64,000 nt of DNA, taken from Felis catus (lineage: Eukaryota). The notes below the pieces were generated by a model. The model was not told the DNA's origin. It was given only the letters and a program-made list of their open reading frames with translations, and did not search any database. Below are positions 25,191 to 37,726 of this stretch, one piece after another. The stretch lies in NCBI RefSeq assembly GCF_018350175.1, contig NC_058368.1, forward strand, positions 85,996,001 through 86,060,000, in the 5' to 3' direction. Made by a program: the position numbers and the translations under genes. Position 1 is the first letter of the stretch, and each line of letters begins with the position of its first letter.

Positions 25191-26112
25191 TTTCTACTCA
25201 TTGGTATTCTTGAAGAAAGAGAAAAACTCATATGTGAAAAATAAAGAAATGTGAGTTTTTACATTTTATTCAAATTATTTTAGTCTAATTCTGAAGTTTT
25301 TATGGAATACCTTGTTCCTTAAATAAATAATCAACATTTCTTACTTTGAGAAAGAAGTTATATGATGTTTCACAAAGTCACAAGGTAAGGTGGTAAGCAT
25401 ATACATTCCAAGTTTTCTGTAAAGAATCCATGAAATAATAAAAGGTAAATATTAATACTCACCTGAGTGTGATATGAGTAATTCTATGCCCTTCATAAAT
25501 GTACACATACAAAATATTAAATTTTAATTTAATGTAAGCATAATTCTTATTGCCAAGACTGAGCACAAGTTGACTAATAATTCAAATGAATATAGGTTTG
25601 GCTCATGTGTATTTTTAATATATCATTTAGACTAGGACTTTATTAAAATGAAAGATCTCCCCATCAGGAATTCATTCATAACCACTAGATGGTTATTTTA
25701 ATTTTGACAAAGTAGACAATTTTTGATTGCCTAAAGAATCTTCAAATGGATTGCTTTTTACCCATTAATTCTGCTTCTAGTCACTAAAACAGTAATATGT
25801 AGGCTATGTATAGACTATGTAAAAAAACTCTAACCTGTATTGATTACATTGACTCCTCCTGACAACTTTGACACATAAGCATTGGATTAATCCTACTGCA
25901 CAACATTGACAATATTTGTCTGAAGTGACATACTGTATGAGATAAAGATAACATTTTGCTCCTGGGCCATTTCTATAAATGGAAGGGAAGACTCAGATGT
26001 AACCTTTATTTTCCATTTCACTAACATCCTGGACAGGTATAAGAAATTATGCTAAGTCGAAACAAAATTCTGAGGCTGGTATCATCACCCACAATTGTAA
26101 AATAAGCATCAT

Positions 26113-26330
26113 GGGGTGCCTGGGCGGCTCAGTCAGTTAAGAGTCCAACTTCAACTCAGGTCATGATCTAAAGGTCTGTGAGTTTGAGCCCTGTGTCAGG
26201 CTTTATGCTGACAGCTCAGAGTCTGGAGCCTGCTTCAGATTCTGTCTCTCCCTCTCTCTCTGATCCTCCCCTACTTGCTCTCTGTCTCTCTGTCAAAAAT
26301 AAATAAATAAAAACATTAAAATTTTTAAAA
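26113..26330 (+). mobile_element. CAN-SINE
   Basis: ggggtgcctgggcggctcagtcagttaag head, CT tract, A tail. Confidence 0.92.
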
Positions 26331-26954
26331 TAAATGACATTCACAGAACTTGAGTAACTTATCATGAGCTAAAAAGATACAGTTTATCCTGTACCTTATG
26401 AAAAGCAAGGAATCACAAAGAATTGCTCACGTTAGCCACCCCAAACTTCCAGTAAAGTAGCTATTTAAACAAGAATTGTCTATGTCTACTAGGCAGTATA
26501 TGATGGCAAATGTCTCTAATAAATTATTTTGTGCTCAAATAAAATTGGTTTTGAGATTAAAGTCACACATTTTACATTTTCTCCTTAGAAACATGTTTCC
26601 TCTGTCCTCCTGCTCTTCCTGTATTCTCACTGGCTCCCTGCAACAACACAACAGCTCACACTTGGTCTCTACTAAATGGAAGAAGAGAGGCCTCACAATA
26701 TCATTTAGCAATAAATAATATCACAGGACTTTTAAATGAAGTGTAAGCCATAGTTTCTTTCAATCAAAAAGTGTCACAGTCTAACAGCATGTTCATGAAA
26801 GAACACTCATGTTGTCTGTAAGTCAGGTTGCAGATACACATATTCTTTCAGTTGCTTTGCAAATTTGAAAGCGGCTGATATGTTGCATTTCTGTTACTCT
26901 CCTTGCATTAGTTTCTTTTTCCTATCCTTTTCTTCAGAAGTTTGAAATTAAATT

Positions 26955-29900
26955 GGATTCTATGTACTTTTAGATTTCTTCTTTAACTTATTATTTAGCC
27001 CACTCATGCTCTAGAAGTATGTTATTTAGTCTCCAAGTATTTGTTAGCTTTCCAGATATTTGTCTTGTGGTTGATTTTGAGTTTCACAGCATTTTGGTCT
27101 GGAAATATGCAAAGCATGATCTCAATTGTTTTGTTCTTTTTTTAGGGATGATTTGTGTCCCAGTGTGGGGTCTATTCTGGATAATATTCCATGTGCACTC
27201 AAGAAGAATGTGCATTCTGTGGCTTTAGAATGAAATATTCTGAATGTATATGTTATGTCCATCTGGGTCCAGATTGTCATTCAAATCTGTTGTTCCCTTG
27301 TTTATTTTCTCTTATATGATTTGTCCATTGCTGTAATGACTCTTATGGGAAAGTGTCTCAATGAGCAACAGCTGTGTGCTGGCCCACCCCTGTATGTTTG
27401 CATGACAATGCTGCTGCTGATGACTGGAGACTGCAACTGGGTGCCAGCAGCCCCAGAAAATTTTGTGCAATCGTGTAGCAGCAGTGTTTCAGGGATTCAG
27501 CAAGTGTTGTAGTGTTGAAGTATCCTATTATTATGGTACTATTGTCAATGAATTTCTGTATGTTAGTGATTAATTGATTTACATATTTGGGTTCAATCAT
27601 GTTTGAAGCAAAAATGTTTAAAATTGTTAGATCTTGGATGGCTAAATCCCTAAATTCTGATATAATTCCATTCTTCATCTCATGTAACAGTCTTTACTTT
27701 AAAATCTAGATTTTCTGATATAAGTATGATTAATTAGGCTTTCTTTTGGCGACCATTAGCATGATAGCTGGTTCTCCACCCCCTTACTTTCACTCTGAAC
27801 GTGTTTTAGGTCTAAAATGAGTCTCTTGTAAACAGCATATAGATGTATTTTATTTCTTATCCATTCTGGTACCCTGTGTCTTTTGATTGAAGCCTTTACC
27901 TATTGACATTTAGAGTGAGTACTGAAAAATATTAATTTGTTACCATTGTGTTGCCTGTAGATTTAGAGTTTCTGATGGTGTTCTCTGATCCTTTCTTGTC
28001 TTTGTTGCTTTTGACCTTTTTTTGTTGTGTTCTGTCTTTTCTCCCCTCATAGAGTCCCTCTTAAAATGTCTTGCAGGGCTGGTTTAGTGGTCACACACTC
28101 TTTTCATTTTTTTAGTCTAGGAAACTTATTTTAATTTATTTATTTTATTTTTTTAAATTTGCATCCAAATTAGTTAGCATATAATGCAACAATGATTTCA
28201 GGAGTAGATTCCTTAGTGCCCCTTACCCATTTAGTCCATGCCCCCTCCCACAACCCCTCCAGTAACCCTCAGTTTGTTCTCCATATTTATGAGTCTCTTC
28301 TGTTTTGTCCCCCTCCATGTTTTTATATTATTTTTGTTTCCTTTTTCTTATGTTCATCTGGTTTTCTCTTAAAGTCCTCATATGAGTGAAGTCATATGAT
28401 TTCTGTCTTTCTCTGACTGACTAATTTCACTTAGGATAATACCCTCCAGTTCCATCCACATAGTTGCAAATGGCAAGATTTCATTCTTTTTGATTGCTGA
28501 GTAATAGTCCATTGTATATAAATGCCACATCTCCTTTATGCATTGATCCATCAGTGGACATTTGGGCTCTCTCCATACTTTGGCTATTGTTGATAGTGCT
28601 GCTATAAACATGAGGTGCATGTGTCAGTCTGGGAAACATTTTATCTTTCCTTCTATTTTGTATGATAATCTTGCTATATAAAAAATTATTGCTGAATATT
28701 TTTTTTTGATTCAGCACATTAATATATCCTGCAATTCCTTTCTGGCATACCAACGTTTCTGTGGATATGCCTACTGTGAACCTGATCTGTCTGCCCTTGT
28801 AGGTGAAGGAGTTTTCTCCCCTTGCTGCTTTCATGATTATTTCCTTGCCTGGATATTTTGTGAATTTGACTATAATATGCCTTGTTGATGGTCATTTTTT
28901 GTTGAATCTAATGGGAGCTCTCTGTGCTTCCTGGATTTTAATGTCTGTGTTTTTCCCTAGGTTAGGAAAGTTTTCCAATTTGATATGTTCACATAAACCT
29001 TCTACCCCTTTTGCTCTCTCTTCATCTTCTGGGACAACTGTGATTCAGATATTATTCCTTTTTAATAAGTTACTGACTTCTCTAAGTCTTGTATCATGCT
29101 CTTTTAACTTTGTTTCACTCTTTTTTGTTCTGCTTCATTATTCTCCCTAAATTTGTCTTCTATAGCACTGATTCACTGATCTCCTTCGTTCATCCTCATT
29201 GCTGTAGAAAGCATTTAAGATTGAATCTAGTTATAGCATTTTTAATTTTGTCCTGACTAGATTTTAGTTGTCCCCCCCCCAAAGAAAGGGATGCTATGCT
29301 TTTATCAACCCCAGCTAGTATTCTGATTTTCATGATTCTAAATTCTAGTTCAGACATCTTGCTTGTATCTGTGTTAAGTCCCTGACTGTCATGCTTTTCT
29401 GTTCTTTCTTGTGGGGTGAATTCTTTCATTTCATCATTTTGAAGGAAGAAAAAGAATTAATAAAATAAAAAACATTCAAAAATTAAAATGAACACAAAAA
29501 AATCAGATAAATGATGCTAGTTCCTAGGTGTTTTTTGGTCTGGTTGTTGAAAGAAGTTTTATAGAGTAGAGAGGAAAAGAAAAGAAAAGAAAAAAAAAGG
29601 AAAACTTTTTAAAATTAAAAAAAAAAGAATTAAAAAAGATGAAAGTAAAACAGAATTTTAAAATGTACAAAAAAAGTAAAAAAAAACTAGAAAAAGTAAA
29701 GAATTTTTAATAAAAATGGAAAATAAAAATACGCTTTTCTCTTTCTGTATTCAAGAATAGGAAAAGAAAAGAAACAGGAAAAAAAATTGAACAGATGGAC
29801 CAGCGAACAGAATGACATACGATTGAGATTTCATCCAGTTTCCCCTAGAAATCAAACTATGAAGCACATTATAGTCTATAACTAAACAGGCAAAGAGGTT

Positions 29901-31095
29901 TGTGGTATTCTTCTAGAGCACAGTTTGCCCATTTAGATGGGGCTTTGTGTAACCGGTCCATTCTCCACTATATGGAGCTGCTTAGTTTATTGGGTGGATC
30001 ATTGTGGCCTGTGCAGGGCTTGTATTTGCATTCATGGGAGGGGTAAAAATGGTGTCACCCATCTACCAAGTCTCTAGTATCACAACTCTGTGTTCTCACC
30101 GACTGACAAGCACCCCTACTTTGTCTCTGGCTTCCATCACTCTCTGCCTATACATTTCTGTGACCAAGTTGTCAGCCTCCCAGGTGACACCTCTGTCCTG
30201 AGTTTTATATCAGATAGAGCTGTTTCCAAACCTGTCATTTCTGAGAGTGTTGCAGCTTTGACCCTCTCAGACCCTCAGGGGGCGTGTCTTGCCAAGCAAG
30301 GGCCAGGTGCATGCCCACCCCCTGGTACATTCACGTGACCACTCTGCTGCAGTTGCCCAGAGACTGCAGCCAGGTGCCAGCCCACCGCAGAAAATTTTGT
30401 GTGGTTTTATAGCAGCAGTGTTTCAGGGATTATGGTAAATCACAACACCCATCTGGTGCCACGCTTCACCCTTAATGCCCTTGTTCCAACACCAACAAAC
30501 GTGACTGTTTCCTCGCATCTGCTGGGACCTTTGCCTTTGGGGAGGCTGCACAACCTTTACCAAATGTCATCTGAACAGGGAAACAGCCTCTCCCCATGTG
30601 GCCTGAAGACCTATCAGACCTCACTGTCTGCACCTAAGGATTCACTCTTCCCACCTGATCTCTGTCAAGTATCAAGCTGCAGAGTTTCAGACTCTGTGCT
30701 CCTCTGTTTATAGTGCCTTAATGGAATTTAAACCCTCTCCTTTCTCCTTTCTTGTTCAGCCTCTTGCAGTCATTTTCTACTTTTTTTTTTTTTTTTTGGT
30801 TCAGTGCACTTTTTATCTACAGCTGCTTTCAGAGGAGTGTTTTTCTGTACTCTCCTCCCTGTCTCCATCCTCTCTCCCCAAGCAAAAACAGCTCCCTACC
30901 CTCATGACCGTTCTACCCCAGTTCACCTCTCTGTGCTGTGTACCTGCAGAGTTCTGTGATTCAAGTTGTGCAGATCGTTGTGTTAATCCTCATATCACTT
31001 TGCTAGTTGTGCGAGATGGTTTGGTGTTGATCTAGCTGCATTTCAGAGATGAGAGAGACAAAAAATGAAAGTTCCATGTTTCCCTGCCCTCTTGC
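26955..31095 (-). mobile_element. Older carnivore L1 5' half (5'UTR, ORF1, endonuclease region)
   Basis: Endonuclease remnant (TIIIGYFNT) ~27000-27900; ORF1 remnants 28000-29430 (MKEFTPQERTE..NTDTSKMSELEFRI); A-rich spacer; 5'UTR homologous to 9560-10800. Confidence 0.85.
28126..28625 (-). mobile_element. 5'-truncated L1 3' end nested in ORF1 of the older L1
   Basis: ORF2 C-terminus 28378-28620 (FIAALSTIAKVWREPKCP..); TSD agtct(a/g)ggaaac at 28114-28125 and 28626-28637. Confidence 0.9.
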
Positions 31096-31104
31096 CCTCT
31101 CCCA

Positions 31105-33212
31105 GCTTTCTTTTTTCTTTTTAATCAGTCTGGCTAAGGGTTTGTTATTCTTTCAAAAAACCAGCTTCTGGTTTCATTGAACTATTCTACTGTTGTTTTG
31201 TTTTTGTTTTTGTTTTTGTTTTTTTTATTTTGGTATCATTGAATCCTACTCTAATCTTTATTATTCCCTGTCTTCTGCTGGTTTGGGGGTTTCTTTGCTG
31301 TTTTTCTCCAGCTATTTAAAGTGTAATGTTAGGGTGTGCATTTGAGACTTCTCTTCTTTCATTAGGGATGCTTGGATTGCTATATACTTCCCTCTTATGA
31401 CCAGCTTTGTTACATCCCAGAGGTTTTAAGCTGTCATGTTTTCATTTTCATTGACTTCCATGTACTTTACAATTTCTTCTTTACTTTCTTGGTTAACCCA
31501 TTCATTCTTTACTAGAATTTTCTTTAACCACCAAGTATACATGATCTTACCATTTTTTTTATTATTATTGTGGTTGATATCAAGTTTCATAGTGTTGTGT
31601 TCTGAAAATATGCAAGGTAAGATCTTGATCTTTTTGTAATTGTTTAGGGTTGTTTTGTATCTCAGTTTGTGATCTATTCTGGAGAATTTTCCATGTGCAT
31701 TTGAGAAGAATGTCTATTCTGATGCTTTAGGATAAAATTTTCTGAATATATATGTTACGCCCATCCTGGTCCAGTGTGTCATCAAAGCCATTGTTTCCTT
31801 GTTTGTTTTCTGCTTAGACTATTTGTCCATTGTTGGAAGTGGGGTGTTGAAGTCCCCTGCTCTTATGGTATCAATTTTTATGATTTTCTTTATGTTTGTA
31901 ATTAATTGCCTTATATATGTGGGTTCTTCCACCTTCGGTTATGATCTTCTTGGTGAATAGACCCTTTAAAACTGATATAATGCTCTTCTTCCATATTGTT
32001 AAGGTCTTTGTTTTAAAATCTAGTATCTTATAAGGATGGCTACTCCAACTTTCTTTTGGCAACCATTAGCATGATAGAGCATTCTGCATCCCCTTAGTTT
32101 CAAGCTGAAGGTGTCTTTAGGTCTTAAGTGGGTCTGTTGTAAAGGGCATATACATGGAACTTGTTTTCTTATCCATGCTGTTACCATGTATATTTTGTTT
32201 GGAACATTTAGTCCATTCACATTTAGAGTGAGTAATGAAAGATATGAATTTGTTGCCATTGTGTTGACTGTAGAGTTGGAGATTTTAGTGATGCTGTTCT
32301 TTCTGTTCTTTCTGAGATGTTATTCTCTGGCCACATTTAGTCTTTTTTGTATTTAATCGTCCACACAATTTGGGTGTTATCTTTCAAAAATAGCAGAAGT
32401 TTAGGTGGTTCAAATGTATAAACATCTAGTAATAAAGTGATTATACATTATCAAGGTTTTATTTTACATTATTTTGTAAATACCAGATAAAAATAATAGG
32501 TATTATTACCACAGAGGATATGTCATTCACTGTAGTTTGTGATAGTTTGAAACCATATGTAATAATTGTTTTGTTTTGTTTTGTTTCATCTTTTCTCCAT
32601 TCAAAGAATCCCCCTTAGATGTCTTGCAGGGCTGGCTTAGTGGTCACAACATCCTTTAGTTTTTGTTTGTCTGGGGTAACTCTTTATCTATTTTCCTCTT
32701 TTGAATGAAACCATTCCTGGATTAATAATTATTGGCTGAATACTTTTTTTCTTTTAAAGCACATTGATTATATCTATCCTATATTTCTGGCCTGCCAAGT
32801 TTCTGTAGATAAGTCTGCTGAGAACCTGATCTGAGTTCCCTTATAGATTGAGGATTTATTTTTTCCCTCTCTTGGTTTTTCCTTAATTCTTTCTTTACCT
32901 GTGTGTTTTGTGAATTTGAATATGATATGCCTTGTTAATGGTGTTTTTTGACTCTACTGAGAGTTCTCTGTACTTCTTGGATTTTGATGTCTGTGTTCTT
33001 CCCCAGGTTAGGGAAGTTTTCCACTGTAATTTTTTCACATAAACCTTCTGCCCTTTTTTCTCTTCATCTTCTGGGACTCCTATGATTCAGATGTTATTCT
33101 TTTTTAATAAGTTACTGACTTCTCTAAGTCTTGTATGGTGTTATTTTAACTTTGTATCCCTCTTTTTTTCTGCTTCATTATTCTCCTTAAGTTTGTCTTC
33201 TATATTGCTGAT
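31105..33212 (-). mobile_element. Older carnivore L1 fragment (ORF2 N-terminus plus ORF1 C-terminal part)
   Basis: ORF 32020-32259 MATNSYLSLLTLNVNGLNVP.. is the ORF2 start; the ORF1 part is homologous to 28040-29170. Confidence 0.88.
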
Positions 33213-33959
33213 TTGGAGAAGATGGCGGTGTAGGAGGATGCTGGGCTCACCTCGTCCTGCTGATTGATTAGATTCCACTCACAGCAGCCTACATAACCCA
33301 GAAAACTGCCAGAAGATTAGCAGAACAGACTCTCTGGAATCAAGTGCATACAAGAAGCCCATGGAAGAGGGTAGGAAGGGCAGAGAGGCAGCGCATGCTA
33401 CATCAAGGGAGCTGGGGCAGTGCAGGGGCAACCCGCCAGACAAGGCAGAGCCCCCAAAGTCTGGCTTGCAAAAGCAGAGGGGCTAGATCCCCTGAGTTCT
33501 GACAGCCAGCGAGGCTTAACATGTGGAATGTTAAAAGTCAACAGCTCTGCTCTTGAAGAGTGGGAAGGGTGAGAGGACAGCAGGAGGGACAGTTGTTGAA
33601 ACCAGGAAGGACAGAGCTCAGTGGGGGAACAACAGCACTGGCAAGCACCATATCCCTTTCCTATCTCTCAACCAAAATTCCAAAGGGAGCCAGTTCCCAT
33701 CACCAAACTTGCTTGCACCGTGCAAACACCCAGCCCTGTGCTTCTATGGATCTATCCAACAGACAGAACTCCCTCCCTCCCAGTGCTGCAGGGCCCCTCC
33801 AGTAGGGGAACATCTATGGCAAAGCTAGCTAACCTTGCCCCTCCCACCCCTGTGAACCTTACAGATCCTCTCGGCTAATACTCCAGATCCCATTGAAGCA
33901 GCACCACAAGCCTGGCAGTGTGCAAGTAGCCCAGACAGGGGCTACACCACTCCACAGTG
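33213..33959 (+). mobile_element. Felid L1 5'UTR, first part (interrupted by the inverted duplication)
   Basis: Begins ggagaagatggcgg (YY1-type motif); homologous to the reverse complement of 17125-17733; stops abruptly at ..ccactccacagtg. Confidence 0.9.
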
Positions 33960-36224
33960 GATGATTTTGCCCTGAGATCCCACCAACAGGCTCCATTATA
34001 TCTCAGACTCAAGTTTTGTTGAATTTCTAATGTAAATCCCCCAAAATAGCAGGTAGTTCTGAGGCATGAACTAACAATCAAGTGGTATTTATTCTGGTTT
34101 GCAAGGGTGGTTCAATACTCACAAATCAATCAACATGATACACCACTTTAATAAAAGAAATGATAAGAACCGTATGATCATTTCAATAGATGCAGAAAAA
34201 AACATTTGACAAAAGCAAGATCCATTCATGACAAAAAAAGTATGGTTAGCATTATTCATCACAATAAAGGCAATATGCAAAATACTCACAGCTAATATCA
34301 CCCTCAGTGGGGAAAAACAGAGATTTTCCTCTGTAGTCAGGAATAAGACAGGGATGCTTACTGTCATCACTTTATTTAACATAGTACCACAGCAATGAGA
34401 AAAGACAAAGGAATAAAAGACATCTAAACCTGCAAGAAAGAAGTGAAATGTTTCCTATTTGCACATGACACGATACCCTATATAGAAAGCAGAAGGACTC
34501 ACCAAAACATTGCTAGAAGTTACACACTAGTTTAGTAAAGACCCAGGATACAAAATCGACATACATAAATCTTGTATTCCTATACAACAATGAGGCAGCA
34601 GAAAGAGAAATCAAGGAATTGATCCCACTTACAATTGAAACAAACACATAAGATATCTAATAATTCACCTAGTTAAAGTGTTAAAGATCTGTACTCTGCA
34701 AACTATAAAACACTGATAAAAGAAATTGAGGATGATGCACAATAAAAATGTAAAGACATTCCAGGCTTATGGACTGGAAGAACAAACATTGTTAAAATGT
34801 CTATACTACCCAAAGCAGTCTACACATTTAATGCAATCCAATTCAGATTACCACCAGCATTTTTCACAGAGCTACAGCAAATAATCCTAAAATATGTATG
34901 GAGCCACAGAAGACCAAACACACAAGGCAAACTTGAAAAGCAAAGCAAAGATAGAGGCATCACATCTCCAGACCTATTATGAAGCAGTAATGATCAAGGC
35001 GGTATGCTGTTGGCACAAAAATAGACACATATATCAATCAAACAGAATAAAAAACTCAGAACTGAACTCACAACTATATGGTAAATCAGTCTTCAACAAT
35101 GCAGGAAAGAATACCCGATGGGAAGGTGCTGGAAAGCAACATGCAAAAGAGTGAAAATGGACGATTGTCTTATATCATACACAAAAATAAATTCAGAATG
35201 TATGAAAGACCTAAGTGTGAGACAGGAAACTATAAAAACCCTAGAGGAGAACACAGGCAATAGCCTCTTTGACATTGACCTCAGCAACTTCTTACTAGAT
35301 ATATCTCCTGAGGCAAAAGAAACAAAGACAAAAATAAAGTATAAGAATTCATCAAAATAAAAAGTTCCTGCACAGCAAAAAAAAAACCCAAAAGACTAAA
35401 AGGCAGCCTATGGAATGGGAGAATATATTTGTAAATGGCATATCTGATAAAGAGTAAGTATCCAAAATATAATGAACTTAGAAAACTCAACACCCCAAAA
35501 GTAATAATTTAATGAAAAATGTGCAGAGGATATGAATAGACACTTTTTTACCATAGAAGACACAGTTGCTCAACATCACTCATCATCGGGGAAATACAAA
35601 TCAAATCTACAATGATAGAGGAAGGGCGGAGAGGCGGTGTGTGCTACAAGGATGGGCTGGAGGGAGCCAGGGCAGTGGAGGGCAGCATGCCAGGCAAGGC
35701 AGAGCCCCCAGGGTCTGGCTTGCAAAAGCAGAGGGGCTGGACTCTGTGAGTTCTGGCAGCCAGCTGAACTTAACATCTGGAATGTGAAAAGTCAACAGCT
35801 CTGCTCTCAGAGAGCAGGGAGGGTGAGTGGATGCCAGAAGGGAGAGTTGTTGAGCAACAGAAGATGGAGCTCACTCAGCAGGGGAACAAAGGCACTGGCA
35901 AGTGCCATCTCCCTCTCCCATCCCCCAGATGAAATTCCAAAGGGAACACATTCCCATCACTGAACTTGCCTGCACTGCACAAACATCCAGTGTTGTGCTT
36001 CTGTGGATCCATCCCTCTGACAGGTCTGCCTCCCTCCTGGTGCTGCAGGGACCCTCCTGCAGGGGACCACTGATGGCAAAACAAGCTAAGCCTGCCCCTC
36101 TAGTCCCTGTGCTCCTTGCGGATCCACCCTGTCTAATATGCCCTTGGCCAGATCCCATTGAAACTGCACCACAAACCTGGAAGTGTGCAAGTAGCCCCGA
36201 CAGGGGCCACACCACTCCACAGTG
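33959..36224. repeat. Right arm (derived copy) of the ~2.27 kb inverted duplication
   Basis: Reverse complement of 17125-19390. About seven differences seen by eye (33963, 34016, 1-bp indel ~34235, 34307, 35990, 1-bp indel ~36170, 36203). Confidence 0.97.
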
Positions 36225-36713
36225 AGCCCTGCCTCTGGGAGAGAGGAAGATAAGGTATACACCTGTCTGACTGTGGCCCCAGTGGTTGGCTGGGAGCAGA
36301 CATGGGGTCTGACTGCAGCCCTGCTCACCAACACAAGTTACTCCAGACAGCACAGGGGAAGGGCCCTGCAGTTTGGTGCTACCGCAGGGACTACCCAAAT
36401 GATGAAATGGAAGAATTCTCCTCAAAAGAAACACCAGAAAGTAGCGACAGCTAACAAATTGATCAAAACTGATTTAAGCAATATAATGGAACAAGAATTT
36501 AGAATAATAGTCATGAAATTAATTACTGTGCTTGAAAGAAGCATAGAAAACAGCAGAGAATCTATTGCTATAGAGATCAAGGCATTGACAAATAGTCAAA
36601 CAGGAACTAAAAATGCCATAAATGAGGTGCAAAATAAAATGGAGGCAGCCATAACAGGGATTGAAGAGACAGAGGAGAGAATAGGTGAATTAGAAAATAA
36701 AATTATGAAAAAA
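36225..36713 (+). mobile_element. Continuation of the L1 begun at 33213 (end of 5'UTR plus ORF1 N-terminus), 3'-truncated
   Basis: Resumes at the homologous position after ccactccacagtg. ORF1 MMKWKNSPQKKHQKVATANKL.. differs clearly from the 16951 copy. Confidence 0.88.
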
Positions 36714-37494
36714 GATACCTCCAAGAAAATCAACAGCAACAATGATTCTATGCCTTTTTTAATTGGAGACTTAATCTGATGCTTTGTTTTGTCTGCCTTG
36801 CTTGGTTGGTTGTCGTTTTGTTTTGTATTCACTTGGGAATGTCCACTGACACTTAGACAACGTAACTTAAGTTACTAAAAGCTCAAGATAGATAAGCCAA
36901 TGTTGGGGAAGAACTTTTAAAAATGTCTTTATATATTTTCATAGGTGTGTTAAGGTCAAGTCAGTAGTTAAAGAAACATATTTATTTAGTTTGTTCCAAT
37001 ATTATTGCATCCCTAAAATTTTATGGAGCATACATTGTATATATTGTTCAGTAAGTTCACAGTAATGTTGTATCTGCACATATTACATATTATTTTATTT
37101 CACAATTTTGATTATCATGGACAAATAATTAATAATTAAATGGAATGTGGTTAGTTTAATAAAAATATATATAAAAACTCTTAAAATATCACAAATGTGA
37201 AAGCTATCTTTAATTTACTTTAGGTATGACATATTTTCCAATTTTTCCATTCTGTTTGAAATAAGACATTAAACTATTAAAACTTTTCATTAATTAAACT
37301 AAATAATGCAAATTATGATATTGCTAATTTTAATGGAATAATATTAAAAAATGTTTAACAATGCAGTTTCATTGCAGATTATCTTAAATGTTCTTCTGTT
37401 TTTCCTGGCATCCAGAAATTACAGCAATCACAATTTCTATTTGGAAAAATACAACAATGGTCAAGTTTTAAAAATTTATCAGGTTTTTAATTTA

Positions 37495-37679
37495 TTTGAT
37501 TTTCTGATTATAACGTGTGTCAACATCACCTTCATTATATCTGGTATTTGGAATTCCTTGAACCTGATGGATATGTATGTTTATTTTCCTCTCAGGATTT
37601 GGGAAGTTTTTATTAATCTTTTCTCAACTTAGCTTTCTGCCCCTAACATTTTCTCTGCCCTCTGGGATTTTCATGACGT

Positions 37680-37726
<47 letters not shown>

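Noticed and set aside
35871..36779. 187-aa and 185-aa ORFs
   Set aside because: Explained by L1 5'UTR antisense sequence and a truncated ORF1 running into flanking DNA
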